Shown piece after piece: positions 8,701-16,841 of a stretch of 41,801 bases of DNA. Numbering within the stretch: position 1 is the stretch's first letter; each line of letters starts with the position of its first letter. This DNA is from Actinomycetota bacterium (GTDB lineage: Bacteria; Actinomycetota; Actinomycetes; Actinomycetales; Angustibacteraceae): the NCBI GenBank assembly GCA_046590855.1, contig JBKJTJ010000180.1, forward strand, positions 1 to 41,801, in the 5' to 3' direction. Position numbers and translations under genes: made by a program. The notes under the pieces were generated by a model, which ran no database searches, had not been told where the DNA came from, and saw only the letters and a list, made by a program, of their open reading frames with translations.

Positions 8701-11700
8701 CGAGTTCCCGGTGCCGCTGGTGCTCGGCAGCTCGGGGCTGGGCCTGTTCGGGCTGATGGCCGGGGTCGGGATCAACGAGGGTCGGGTCGAGCGCACCGAC
8801 GTCCAGGTGCCTGCCCTCGCGTGGCTGCAGGACCAGATGGGCCGGCCCGGCGGCGTGATGGACCCGCAGGGCTGGTCGTTGCAGCCGGGGCACTACGCGT
8901 TCGCCGCGGGGGTGCTGCTCGGCACCCTGGAGGGCGGCTACGTCGTCCACCTCAAGGGCATCGTGCTCATCGAGGTGCCCGGCCCGCGCCTGCTGTTCGT
9001 GATGAAGGCCGACGTGCTGTCCAAGCCGCCGACCCTGAAGGAGCAGCGGACAGCGAGCTTCCTGGCCGTCCTCGACCTGGACTTCGGGCGCGGCACCATC
9101 ACGATCGGCATCGTCGCGCAGTACGAGATCGAGTCGATCCTGAAGATCCGCGTGCCGGTGAGCGCGTTCTTCGACACCAACCACGTCGAGAAGTGGTTCG
9201 TCGAGCTCGGCAGCTACACGGACCGCGTCACCGTCGAGGTGCTCGACGTGATCAGCGGCAGCGGCTACCTCATGGTCCACGGGGACGGCGTGGCGGTCCC
9301 GGGCCTGCCCCCCGTGTCGTCCGGTCTGGGCATCGCCACCGGGTTCCACATCAGCGCGGTGCTGATGGGCAGCAAGTCGATAGGCCTCTATCTCGAGGTC
9401 GCTGCCGGGTTCGACGCCATCGTCGGCTTCGACCCGCCGTTCGTCGCCGGCACCATCTACGCTCGCGGCGAGCTGCGGCTGTTCATCATCAGCATCGGCG
9501 CCTCTGCCGAGCTCACCGTCAAGGTCGGCAAGCGGCTCGAGAACGGCGTGCTCGTCGACCAGCCGTACGTCCACGGCGAGGTCTGCGGTTCGATCGACCT
9601 GTTCTTCTTCGAGATCAAGGGCTGCGTCTCACTGACGATCGGCGACGAACCGGACGACGACCCCGCCGCCAAGCCGCTCGTCGCCGGGGTCAACCTGAGC
9701 TCGCGCAGCCCGGCGCTGGTCGAGGGCAGCGCGACCGGCCGCTCGGTCGACGGGTCGCTCGGCGACGCCCGCGACACTGCCCACCCGAGCCCGGACCCGC
9801 TGCCGACCGTGCCTCTGGACGCCATCCCCGTGATCCGGTTCGTCACGCCGCCCGGAGTCGCCGCCGGGGCGGTGCTGGGCGCGGACGCGTTCGGTGCCAC
9901 CGGGATCGGGGCCAACCCGTGGGCCCGGATCGGCGAGCGCTGGTGGCGATACGAGGTGCAGTCGGTGACGCTGACCGGCACCCTGCTGCCGGCCGACGGG
10001 AAGACCCCTGCCACCTGGTGGACCGGCGTCCCCGCGGGGACCACCGCCCCGATGAGCGCGCTGGCGCTGCTGAACTGGTTGCCGACCCCGTTCTCTCGGG
10101 CGGTGCCGTACGGCGAGCAGCTGACGACGTCGGTCACCGAGCAGTGGGGCACCGTGTGCCACCCGGCCGCGCCCGCCGCCCCCGTCCTGTGGACGTTCGA
10201 CGGCAAGCCGTACGGCCCCAACGGATCCGAGTGGAACCTCGTCGGCATCCCGTGGCCCGACCCGGCCGGGACGGTGCGGTCGGCACCCGTCGAGGCCGAC
10301 CTCGCTGTCGCGGAGCCGTGGCGCACGCACGACACCGCGGCGGATCTGGTGCAGGGCACGACACCGGCGATGGTCGTGGCCGGTGCCGTGCCGTGCACCC
10401 CGGCGCGCGCCCAGTCGATCCGCACGATGTCGGCAGGGCTGGTACGCGACCTGCCTGCCGCGGCGCAGGACCTCGCACTGCCCTTCGACGCGCACGCGCA
10501 GGCGGTGCGGATCCTGCAGGACGGCGTACCGCTCGCCCAGCTCGCGGCGCAGCGGTCGGCGCAGGGGTGGTCGGACGCCGCCTCCGCGGGCGACCTGGGC
10601 TGCCGGGGTGCGGTGCTGCGCTCACCCGAGCACGACCGCACCGAGCCCGCGCCCTACGGGACGCCCGACGACGTCGTGCTGGTCCAGCGCGCCCGGGCTC
10701 GGTCAACGTTCCGCGCGGACGGGCTGCGCGACGCCGTCCGGCTGACGGCGCGGTCCGAGGTGCGTCAGCTGGGGCTGCTGCTCATGGTGCCCGAGCGCGC
10801 CCTCGGTGGGCTGCTGGTGCTGCGGCTCGAGGACTCGACCGGCGCCGTCCGCCGGCACCAGCCCGTGCAGGCCGCCGACCGGATCAGCGCGACGAACCCG
10901 CTGCCGCCGCAGCTGCTCGACCCGACCGGCCCGTGGTTCGACCCGCTGCTGCGCTCGGCGCGGATGGGCGTGCGTGTGGCCTCCGGCGCCGACCCGGCCC
11001 TGACGGCGGTGTGGGTGCGGCTGCGCGACCTGCCGGGCGACATCCGGTCGGTCGTGGTCGGCTGGGACGCCGGCCCGCAGGCGGTCGACCTGCCGGCGTT
11101 CTACGTCGTCGCCGTCGAGGGCCTGCTCGCGGCCGAGGTCGCCCGCGAGAGCTGGGACACCACGACCACCACCCAGAACGTCTCGGCGCTGCAGACCGCG
11201 CTGACCCAGGACCCGGACGACCGGGCGTTGCTGGCCCCCGGCCAGACGTACACCGTCTCGGTGCAGTGGCGGGCGGCGTGGAAGAAGCAGGACGCGCAGC
11301 CGGGTGCCGGCGAGGCACCGGCCTGGCAGCCGTCGCAGACCCAGTCCTACGCGTTCGCCACCGAACCGGCGTCGGCGGCACCCACCGACCTCGGCCCGTG
11401 GCTCCTGGCCACCACCCCGGGCATGGACGACGTGGGTGTGTTCTGCCAGACGCCCGTGCGGATCGCGCTCGCGACCCAGAAGGTGGCCGAGCTGTTCGGC
11501 GCCTACGGCAAGGAGCTGCGCGTCGTCGTCCAGGCCGCGTCGGGCAAGCACCCCGCGCCCCCCGGCGGCACCCCCGGCTCGCCGTGGACGCTGCCCGTCG
11601 GCCTGAGCGCGGAGGTCGCCGCTGCCGCGAAGCTGCACGTGCGGACGCCGTGGGAGCAGACGGTGCGCGACGTGGTCGCCACCGCCCAGGCGCAGCACGA

Positions 11701-12451
11701 GATGCCGTGCATCGACGGCACCGGCAACCGCACCGACCACCTGATCGTCACGCTGCCCTACGACTTCGAACCGCTGACCGACTACCTCGTCGACGTCCAC
11801 TCGGTCGACGTCGGGTCACCGGCGAGCGAGCGAAACCTGGTGCACCGCATCGGTTTCACGACGTCGCGGTTCGCCACGCTGGACGACTTCGTCACCTACG
11901 TCGCTCCGGTCTCTGTGCGCGGCCGGCTGGTGCCGATGCCCGGTGCGCTGACGGCGCTGCCCGACGTCCCGACCGGTGACCAGGTCGACGCCGCCTACCA
12001 GGGCGCCGGGCTCACGGTGCCGCAGGCGCCGCAGTATCCGGCGGTCGAGGTGCTGTGGTCAGGTGACGCCGTTCCCCAGCCGGTCGCCGTGGTGGTCGAG
12101 AGCAGCGAACCACTGTGGCGCTCTCGGGTGATGCCCGCGGTGGTGACGGGGCCGGTCGACGCCGCCGACCCCACGCACCTCTGGTGGGCCGGCGTGCGCG
12201 GTGACTGGCTGACCCTCGAGGCGAGCGCCGCCGCCGTCGGTGCCGGTGACCTGCCGCGTGCCACCGTGACGCGCGTCATCCGCTGTCCCGGGCGGACGAG
12301 GGCGGTCATGCTGCTCGCACCAGGGTCGCGCGGGACGGAGGCGCGGCTGGACCTCGTGCTCGCGGCGGACGACCTGGCCGAGACGACCGAGGTGCGCCGC
12401 ACAGCGGTCCGGGTGCCCCTGGTCGCTGCTCCGTGGGAGGTGGAGGACTGA
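5741..12451 (+). CDS. Giant protein of unknown function (about 2236 aa) with an internal OmpA_C-like module. No signal peptide recognised.
   Basis: A 6.7-kb uninterrupted frame with G/C-rich third positions. ATG at 5741 is preceded by 'GCGGGGA' (SD-like). The 5621 GTG extension adds only a low-complexity 40 aa. 'TVSGYASYEGHDDSATVAHNRSLSERRRAAMRTAL' matches the OmpA/MotB C-terminal pattern. No Walker A, HExxH, RHS/YD or LPXTG seen. Confidence 0.8.
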   Translation: MSLWDQLPSSLRDAGDLDGLRPLLDGLDGTGPTETTDADGTWSTYTATQDLTGPLSLDPRTGAFSSSSGSTGTPIELPDPHVGVELSFHLTLGARDGGWKVVLAAPSVRLRLPFLRGAMLDSFGHLRADPANPTVAFTLPALRLRVRQLAGRGVGVDLLSATTSGSAVDQVYEFVEMSPPYALIGPSDVVGFGFRTAVLDLSGTAGPSGVPAAARAMPTDWQGLYLPEVRLFVAPEGLEGLAVFAGVENLWIGVGVHEGVTGVFEAEVVNRGHVPTIVARFMTAAGQAVSFTGDTALLPEHTTVYAEASGGLGSYDVRIDAAGAVASSDRAPVTTPAAGTAAVTISLLTPGTSTVVTSRTITVTRSTAAVGTGASAGDVTLRTTSHETVALALVSRTTTSVRVRLTNGVSATWTWPGGTSTGTSADVPVVAGAPVSVQAQTTVGQVQSLDAYFRYDHPFPAEGGDWVRNPANVGTEAAADAQHQPAGVSFVTDAAARLGTIGAATRLTVSGYASYEGHDDSATVAHNRSLSERRRAAMRTALTQAGFTNLADGTANGATEAQSRTSVDGRDAPPPTSGRWWRARAVGDAPPAAVTVTGELLRRVATPPSAVDPTPPRAAPPDCFHRLGVRVELVRSTFVRCEVYGEIDIETAAESQLRRKGQPALGSTANPDDGICTFLARLRIAADQGSWEVSAEFRAKDSDLDGLWERRDSNTNQLALDVLGALSVLAPLSSAATELSPAAGAVVELGSLALGASDLIHTKRLTLRGAEVIVSQGVLGADGITTVANQGTQVSVLFDIEVAFHFDLTIIKVDPAKPIVTRYKAIGVRSRWGEQPGAGAVVDYVPLPVFDPSRGYSLDIPAGSLTAAPPLDEVLRILGVKVSRQNPTYLEVEVGLGLDLGVVKVDTVRVRARVDGPPLDLQLTKFGASVDIPNVITGRGYLAFDSTGFSGSFDIQVIPLKLRASASLAVHRDQVAGVTGVLLGIEVEFPVPLVLGSSGLGLFGLMAGVGINEGRVERTDVQVPALAWLQDQMGRPGGVMDPQGWSLQPGHYAFAAGVLLGTLEGGYVVHLKGIVLIEVPGPRLLFVMKADVLSKPPTLKEQRTASFLAVLDLDFGRGTITIGIVAQYEIESILKIRVPVSAFFDTNHVEKWFVELGSYTDRVTVEVLDVISGSGYLMVHGDGVAVPGLPPVSSGLGIATGFHISAVLMGSKSIGLYLEVAAGFDAIVGFDPPFVAGTIYARGELRLFIISIGASAELTVKVGKRLENGVLVDQPYVHGEVCGSIDLFFFEIKGCVSLTIGDEPDDDPAAKPLVAGVNLSSRSPALVEGSATGRSVDGSLGDARDTAHPSPDPLPTVPLDAIPVIRFVTPPGVAAGAVLGADAFGATGIGANPWARIGERWWRYEVQSVTLTGTLLPADGKTPATWWTGVPAGTTAPMSALALLNWLPTPFSRAVPYGEQLTTSVTEQWGTVCHPAAPAAPVLWTFDGKPYGPNGSEWNLVGIPWPDPAGTVRSAPVEADLAVAEPWRTHDTAADLVQGTTPAMVVAGAVPCTPARAQSIRTMSAGLVRDLPAAAQDLALPFDAHAQAVRILQDGVPLAQLAAQRSAQGWSDAASAGDLGCRGAVLRSPEHDRTEPAPYGTPDDVVLVQRARARSTFRADGLRDAVRLTARSEVRQLGLLLMVPERALGGLLVLRLEDSTGAVRRHQPVQAADRISATNPLPPQLLDPTGPWFDPLLRSARMGVRVASGADPALTAVWVRLRDLPGDIRSVVVGWDAGPQAVDLPAFYVVAVEGLLAAEVARESWDTTTTTQNVSALQTALTQDPDDRALLAPGQTYTVSVQWRAAWKKQDAQPGAGEAPAWQPSQTQSYAFATEPASAAPTDLGPWLLATTPGMDDVGVFCQTPVRIALATQKVAELFGAYGKELRVVVQAASGKHPAPPGGTPGSPWTLPVGLSAEVAAAAKLHVRTPWEQTVRDVVATAQAQHEMPCIDGTGNRTDHLIVTLPYDFEPLTDYLVDVHSVDVGSPASERNLVHRIGFTTSRFATLDDFVTYVAPVSVRGRLVPMPGALTALPDVPTGDQVDAAYQGAGLTVPQAPQYPAVEVLWSGDAVPQPVAVVVESSEPLWRSRVMPAVVTGPVDAADPTHLWWAGVRGDWLTLEASAAAVGAGDLPRATVTRVIRCPGRTRAVMLLAPGSRGTEARLDLVLAADDLAETTEVRRTAVRVPLVAAPWEVED
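7087..7440 (+). other. OmpA_C/MotB-like peptidoglycan-binding module embedded in the giant ORF
   Basis: 'LDAYFRYDHP...RLTVSGYASYEGHDDSATVAHNRSLSERRRAAMRTALTQAGF...GTANGATEAQS' follows the OmpA_C pattern (F-FDS-like strand; I-I-G-H-T-D-like strand; N-x-x-LS-x-x-RA-x-x-V helix; G-x-G-E tail). Confidence 0.55.
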
Positions 12452-15400
12452 TGGCCAGGGTCGCCAACAGCTGGTGGTTCCGTGCCGAGGCGATGCGGTT
12501 GGACTGGACCGGTCAACTGCGCCAGCGGATCCAGCTCGGCCAGGGAGTAGACGACCACGACGTCGAGCGGGTGCGCCGCCGCGGTGGCGACGTGCACCTG
12601 TGGTGGGCCTGTGCCAAGGACATCGGTGTGCCACGTGAGCCGTTCACGGTCTGGAGGCGCTCGCCGGGCAGGACCCGGCGGGTCAAGCACACGACGTCCG
12701 GTGACAGCCAGGGCACGCTGATCCGCTGGGGCGCGGTCGAAGCGGTCACCATCGAGGTCACCCTGAGGCCGCAGACGGCGTCCGCCGGCTCGACCCTGCT
12801 GGCGTATCGCGGCGCGGGCACGCTGTGGGACGCCGTGGGTGCGGCCACGACGCCGGGCGGCGGCGACGGCCCACGGGTCGTCGTGGTGCGCTGCTCCGGA
12901 GCGACCAGCGCGCGGCTGGTCAACGGCACCGTGGTGTCGGTGCGGATCGAGACGCTGACCGACGCGGTCAACGACCCGTCGTGGCTACCGCTCGAGGTGG
13001 TCGGACTGCCCGTCGAGCAGCCTTGGCCCGGCAGCGACTACGACACCCGCGAGCAGGGGTTGGTGAGCGCGCCGCTGCCGCCCGCCGAGGCCGCGGTCGA
13101 CCGGCTCCGGCGCGGGACCCCGCCGCTCGGCTGGCCCGCCGTCACCCCGGCCGGCCACCTCGCCCCGCCGTGGGTGGACGCCGACCCCTACGGCGTGGTC
13201 AAGGAGGTGCAGGCCCTGCTGCTGCCCGAGATCGCGTCGATGTACGACGTCGGCACCCCAGAGCCGCGGCAGCACCTGCTCGAGTCGCTGCGTACCGTCG
13301 ACGGCCCGCGACAGGGCTCGCGGACCTCGAGCCTGGGTACCACCGCGGTGCTGCGACCGTTCTCGCTGCTGGCCTTGCCGGCGCAGACCGACCCCCTGAT
13401 GAACCTCGCGACGGGGTTCGGCGCCACCTACTTCGTCGACTCCGGTGACCGCCCGGACGCCTCGATCGGCGGCAGCGACCTGATGGTGACGGCGACCTGG
13501 CGCCGGCCGCCCGCACCGCGTCGCGGCAAGGTCGAGCTGGCCGCGTTCGCGCCGCAGGTCGGCCCGCTGTCGGCCGTGCCGGCCCCGACCAACCTGACGG
13601 CGAGCCGCAGCGGGCTCGTCGGGCCGGCCACGGCGGACCAGCCCTGGCGCGAGAGCGTCCACCTGTCGTGGGACCGGCTGCCCACGACGGCGGCCCTGGG
13701 TCGCGTGGGTGCGGGCACGCTCGCGCGGTACCCCAGCGGGTCGGCCCAGGCGGTGTCGCTGGCCCCGGCGCGCGACGCCGGCGGCGAGCGGCCGCTGACG
13801 CTGTCGCCGGACGGGCCCCCGGATACACCCGGTGCCTCGCGGGTCGCGTTCGTCGACGGTGGGGTCGAGATCCCGGTGCTGAGCGGTGGACGGGACGTCG
13901 GTTACGCGGTGTCCGTCGTCGACGTGCACGGCCTGTGGTCGGCCTGGCGCGACGTCCACTACGTCGGCGACGAGCCAGGCCCTTTGCCCCCCAGGCTGAT
14001 CGGGCTCGACCTGACGACCACGTACGCCGGCTCCACCACCTGCCCGGCGAACCTGGCCCTCGAGGTGGCGCTGGACTGGACCGAACGCACGCCCACGACC
14101 CTGCAGGTCGTCGCGCTGTTCTACCCGATGACCGGCGCCTCGTCGGTGCCGCCCGCGGGTCTCGACCCGTCGACCGCGATGCCGTCGGGGTGCTTCCGCC
14201 GTGACCTCGGGCTGACCTTCGCCGGCGACGTCCCGACCGGTGTGGGGTGCACCGTCACCACCTTGGGCCCGGACGGCGAGCACGCGATGGACCCCGGGCC
14301 CTCGCAGGGCGACGGCGGCCGGCGCTACCGGATGCTCGGCCCGGTGCCGTCGCTGGACTTCACCACGGCCGGACGGTGGGGGGTGCAGGTCTGGCTGCGC
14401 AGCACGCTGGCGGTGGGGTCCAGTCCGACTGAGTACGCGCCCGACACCGCGCACCCGGCCAGGGTCAGTGCGGCCAGTCCCGTTCCGGTGCAACCGATCC
14501 CGCCGCCCGCGCCACCCGGGGTCCCGCTCGGCAGCACGCTGGACGCGAGGGGCTGCTCGCACGTACGCGTGCACTGGTCGCTGCCCGCCGGTGGCGACGT
14601 CCGCACCTGCGTGGTGTGGGAGGTGGCCGAGACCAGCCTGCGCCAGCGTGCGGGCCTCGTCTCGCGCGCACCCGACACCGACTCGCCGGGCGTGCGGCTG
14701 GCCGCCCTGTGGGCCGCGTACGACGCGTTGCCAGCGGCCAAGCAACGGGCCGCGTTCCGTCGGGTGGCCGAGCTCGCCGGCACCGAGCGCTCGCTGGACG
14801 TCCCGCTGCCCAAGGGCTCGACCGACATCCACCTGTTCACGGTCACCACGCAGTCGGCGTCCGGCATCGAGTCGCCCTGGCCGGGCCCTCCGACGTCCGG
14901 GCACCTGCACCTGCAGGCCGCCATCGCCCCGCGGCTGCGCACCCCTACTCAGCCACTCGCGCGCGCTGCGGTGCAGGACGACGGGTCGGTGACGATGTCA
15001 CTGATGAGCGCCAGCACCGTTCCGGTGCAGCAGTTCCAGCTCTACGCGACCCGGTCGTTCGACGCAGCGCGCGACCGCGAGAGCATGGGCCCGCCGCTCG
15101 CGACGGTGCCGGTGACGGCCACCCCGACCGCGACGGACCCGCTGATGGGCTCGCCGATCTACCAGGCGAGCTGGACCGGGACGCTGCCCGCGTCGTGGGA
15201 CGCCTGGTACCTGCGTGCGGTCGCGGTCCCGGTGGCCACCGTTCCTGTCGAGGGCGTGCGCGGGCTGCACTCACCCGCGTCCGAGATCACCACTCTCACC
15301 GTGCTTCCTGCCGGGTCCGACCTCGAGCCGCTCAGCGCCCAGCTGTGGGGCACGGACCACCGCGGGGTGGTGGCGCGCTCATCGACGAGCGCGCCGGCGC

Positions 15401-16158
15401 GGGCCACGGCCGCCGGCTCCCACCGGGTGTCGGCGCTGATCGGTGCTGCGCCGGACGTCGTCCCGCAGGCGAACCTCGAGGACCTGCCTCAGACGGCAGG
15501 CACCACACCGCCCTCGTCCACCGCGAGCCGGATCGAGCGTGGTCCGCGCGCGGCCGGCCGCTCGCCGCTGGTGCTGTGGCTGACCCGGCCGGTCGCGGCC
15601 GACCCGGTGACGGTGGTGCTGCGGCTGACCGACCCGCTGGGGCGGCTGGTCGAGCAGACGGTGACCGTCGCCGGCTGGGTTCCGCCGCCGCCGTGGACCC
15701 TCGAGCTGTCGACCGCCGCGACGCGGGCCACGGGTGTGCTCATCGGGCTGGACACCGACGCGCCGGCCGGCGCGGGCGCCGGTGTCACGATGCGCGTCCG
15801 CGCGGTGAAGTCGCGCCGGTTGCCGCTGCCGGCTGCGCTGACCATCACCGAGCCGGCGCCCGTGTCGATCGACCGGATCAGGGTGCAGCCGCCGCCGCTT
15901 CGTCGCAGCGTCGACCCGCCGGTCGTCGTCACGCCGTGGCGCGGGTCGTCGGCGCTGGACCAGACCTTCGTGCTCGCCGACCTGCCGCGCGGCCTGCCGG
16001 TGTTCGCGAACGACGGCCAGATCCACGCCGTCCGCTGGCGCGGGCCGTTCGCGAGCGCCGCCTACGCGGTGTGGGTGCCGTTCGCGGCGCCGTTCTCGGC
16101 CGAGGTCACCCTGGCAGGGCCGGACGGTCAGAGCGTGACGGCGTCAGTCGTGGTGTGA
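12451..16158 (+). CDS. Large protein of unknown function (about 1235 aa), beta-rich with Ig/FN3-like segments, translationally coupled to the giant ORF
   Basis: ATG 12451-12453 overlaps the upstream stop TGA 12449-12451 (TGATG). A 3.7-kb open frame with G/C-rich third positions. Segments such as 'VHWSLPAGGDVRTCVVWEVAE' look like beta-sandwich modules. No catalytic or secretion motif recognised. An alternative GTG lies at 12433. Confidence 0.8.
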   Translation: MARVANSWWFRAEAMRLDWTGQLRQRIQLGQGVDDHDVERVRRRGGDVHLWWACAKDIGVPREPFTVWRRSPGRTRRVKHTTSGDSQGTLIRWGAVEAVTIEVTLRPQTASAGSTLLAYRGAGTLWDAVGAATTPGGGDGPRVVVVRCSGATSARLVNGTVVSVRIETLTDAVNDPSWLPLEVVGLPVEQPWPGSDYDTREQGLVSAPLPPAEAAVDRLRRGTPPLGWPAVTPAGHLAPPWVDADPYGVVKEVQALLLPEIASMYDVGTPEPRQHLLESLRTVDGPRQGSRTSSLGTTAVLRPFSLLALPAQTDPLMNLATGFGATYFVDSGDRPDASIGGSDLMVTATWRRPPAPRRGKVELAAFAPQVGPLSAVPAPTNLTASRSGLVGPATADQPWRESVHLSWDRLPTTAALGRVGAGTLARYPSGSAQAVSLAPARDAGGERPLTLSPDGPPDTPGASRVAFVDGGVEIPVLSGGRDVGYAVSVVDVHGLWSAWRDVHYVGDEPGPLPPRLIGLDLTTTYAGSTTCPANLALEVALDWTERTPTTLQVVALFYPMTGASSVPPAGLDPSTAMPSGCFRRDLGLTFAGDVPTGVGCTVTTLGPDGEHAMDPGPSQGDGGRRYRMLGPVPSLDFTTAGRWGVQVWLRSTLAVGSSPTEYAPDTAHPARVSAASPVPVQPIPPPAPPGVPLGSTLDARGCSHVRVHWSLPAGGDVRTCVVWEVAETSLRQRAGLVSRAPDTDSPGVRLAALWAAYDALPAAKQRAAFRRVAELAGTERSLDVPLPKGSTDIHLFTVTTQSASGIESPWPGPPTSGHLHLQAAIAPRLRTPTQPLARAAVQDDGSVTMSLMSASTVPVQQFQLYATRSFDAARDRESMGPPLATVPVTATPTATDPLMGSPIYQASWTGTLPASWDAWYLRAVAVPVATVPVEGVRGLHSPASEITTLTVLPAGSDLEPLSAQLWGTDHRGVVARSSTSAPARATAAGSHRVSALIGAAPDVVPQANLEDLPQTAGTTPPSSTASRIERGPRAAGRSPLVLWLTRPVAADPVTVVLRLTDPLGRLVEQTVTVAGWVPPPPWTLELSTAATRATGVLIGLDTDAPAGAGAGVTMRVRAVKSRRLPLPAALTITEPAPVSIDRIRVQPPPLRRSVDPPVVVTPWRGSSALDQTFVLADLPRGLPVFANDGQIHAVRWRGPFASAAYAVWVPFAAPFSAEVTLAGPDGQSVTASVVV

Positions 16159-16740
16159 ACCGGGGGTCCTGATCCCGTCGAGGACGAACCCGAGCAGCCG
16201 CTGGTTCTGCTCCAGGGTGCCGCCGCGGGCCATGCACATCCCGCCGACCAGCTGCATCAGGTCGACGGCGTCCAGGTCGGCGCGCGCGGCACCGCCCGCC
16301 TGGGCCCGGGCGAGCACCGAGCCGGCGGCCCCCGTGATGCTCTCGCGCAGCTGGATCGCGAGGTCGGGGCTCTTCTCGAACGCCTCGTGCAGCTCGGTCA
16401 GCAGGGTGCGCTTGGCCTGGGCGTACCGGACGAAGCCCTCGAGCCAGGCGACGAGCGCCGGCCACGGCTCGGTCGTTGCGGCGAGGTCGGCGGCGAGCGT
16501 GACGAGCCCCTCGACGTCCTCGCGGTAGACCGCCTCGACCAGGTCGATGCGCCGCGGGAAGTGGCGGTAGAAGGTGCCGGCGCCGACGTCGGCGGCCTTG
16601 GCGATCTCTTCGACGGTGGCCGCGCTGCCGCGGGCGGCGAACACCTCACGGGCGGCCTCGATCAGCCTCGCTCGGTTGCGGTGGGCGTCGGCGCGCAGCG
16701 GCCTAGCCGCCACCGCCGTCCGCTCGCGCGCCTCGCCCAT
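16144..16740 (-). CDS. TetR/AcrR-family transcriptional regulator (198 aa from ATG at 16740)
   Basis: N-terminal HTH 'RNRARLIEAAREVFAARGSAATVEEIAKAADVGAGTFYRHFPRR'. Divergent from an MFS gene. The upstream part of the ORF to 16896 would overlap the MFS start and lacks family features. Confidence 0.9.
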   Translation of the reverse strand: MGEARERTAVAARPLRADAHRNRARLIEAAREVFAARGSAATVEEIAKAADVGAGTFYRHFPRRIDLVEAVYREDVEGLVTLAADLAATTEPWPALVAWLEGFVRYAQAKRTLLTELHEAFEKSPDLAIQLRESITGAAGSVLARAQAGGAARADLDAVDLMQLVGGMCMARGGTLEQNQRLLGFVLDGIRTPGSHHD

Positions 16741-16755
16741 GCCCAGCCCTTTCGG

Positions 16756-16805
16756 TTGCAGAAGCGGAGTGATCCTCCGTATAGTTCCGGAAGAAGCCTC
16801 CGCTT
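16756..16805 (+). promoter_or_regulatory. Putative sigma-A-type promoter of the MFS gene, with palindromes in and around the spacer that are probably the TetR operator
   Basis: TTGCAG (16756-16761), an 18-nt spacer, then TATAGT (16780-16785). The spacer contains the palindrome CGGAG-TGATC-CTCCG (16765-16779). An outer inverted repeat is AAGCGGAG (16762-16769) / CTCCGCTT (16798-16805). Confidence 0.45.
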
Positions 16806-16841
16806 GGTCCCTCACCTTAGTCCCCGCCGAGAGAAGCAGCC

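Noticed and set aside
7861-11979. 1372-aa alternative plus-frame ORF, with further plus alternative-frame and minus-strand ORFs (5749-7800 +, 7565-9574 -, 12985-14910 -), all inside the giant genes
   Set aside because: These products are extremely Arg/Pro/Gly-rich ('RRGRRR...'), as expected for off-frame reading of 73% G+C coding DNA. The chosen frames have balanced composition and G/C-rich third positions.
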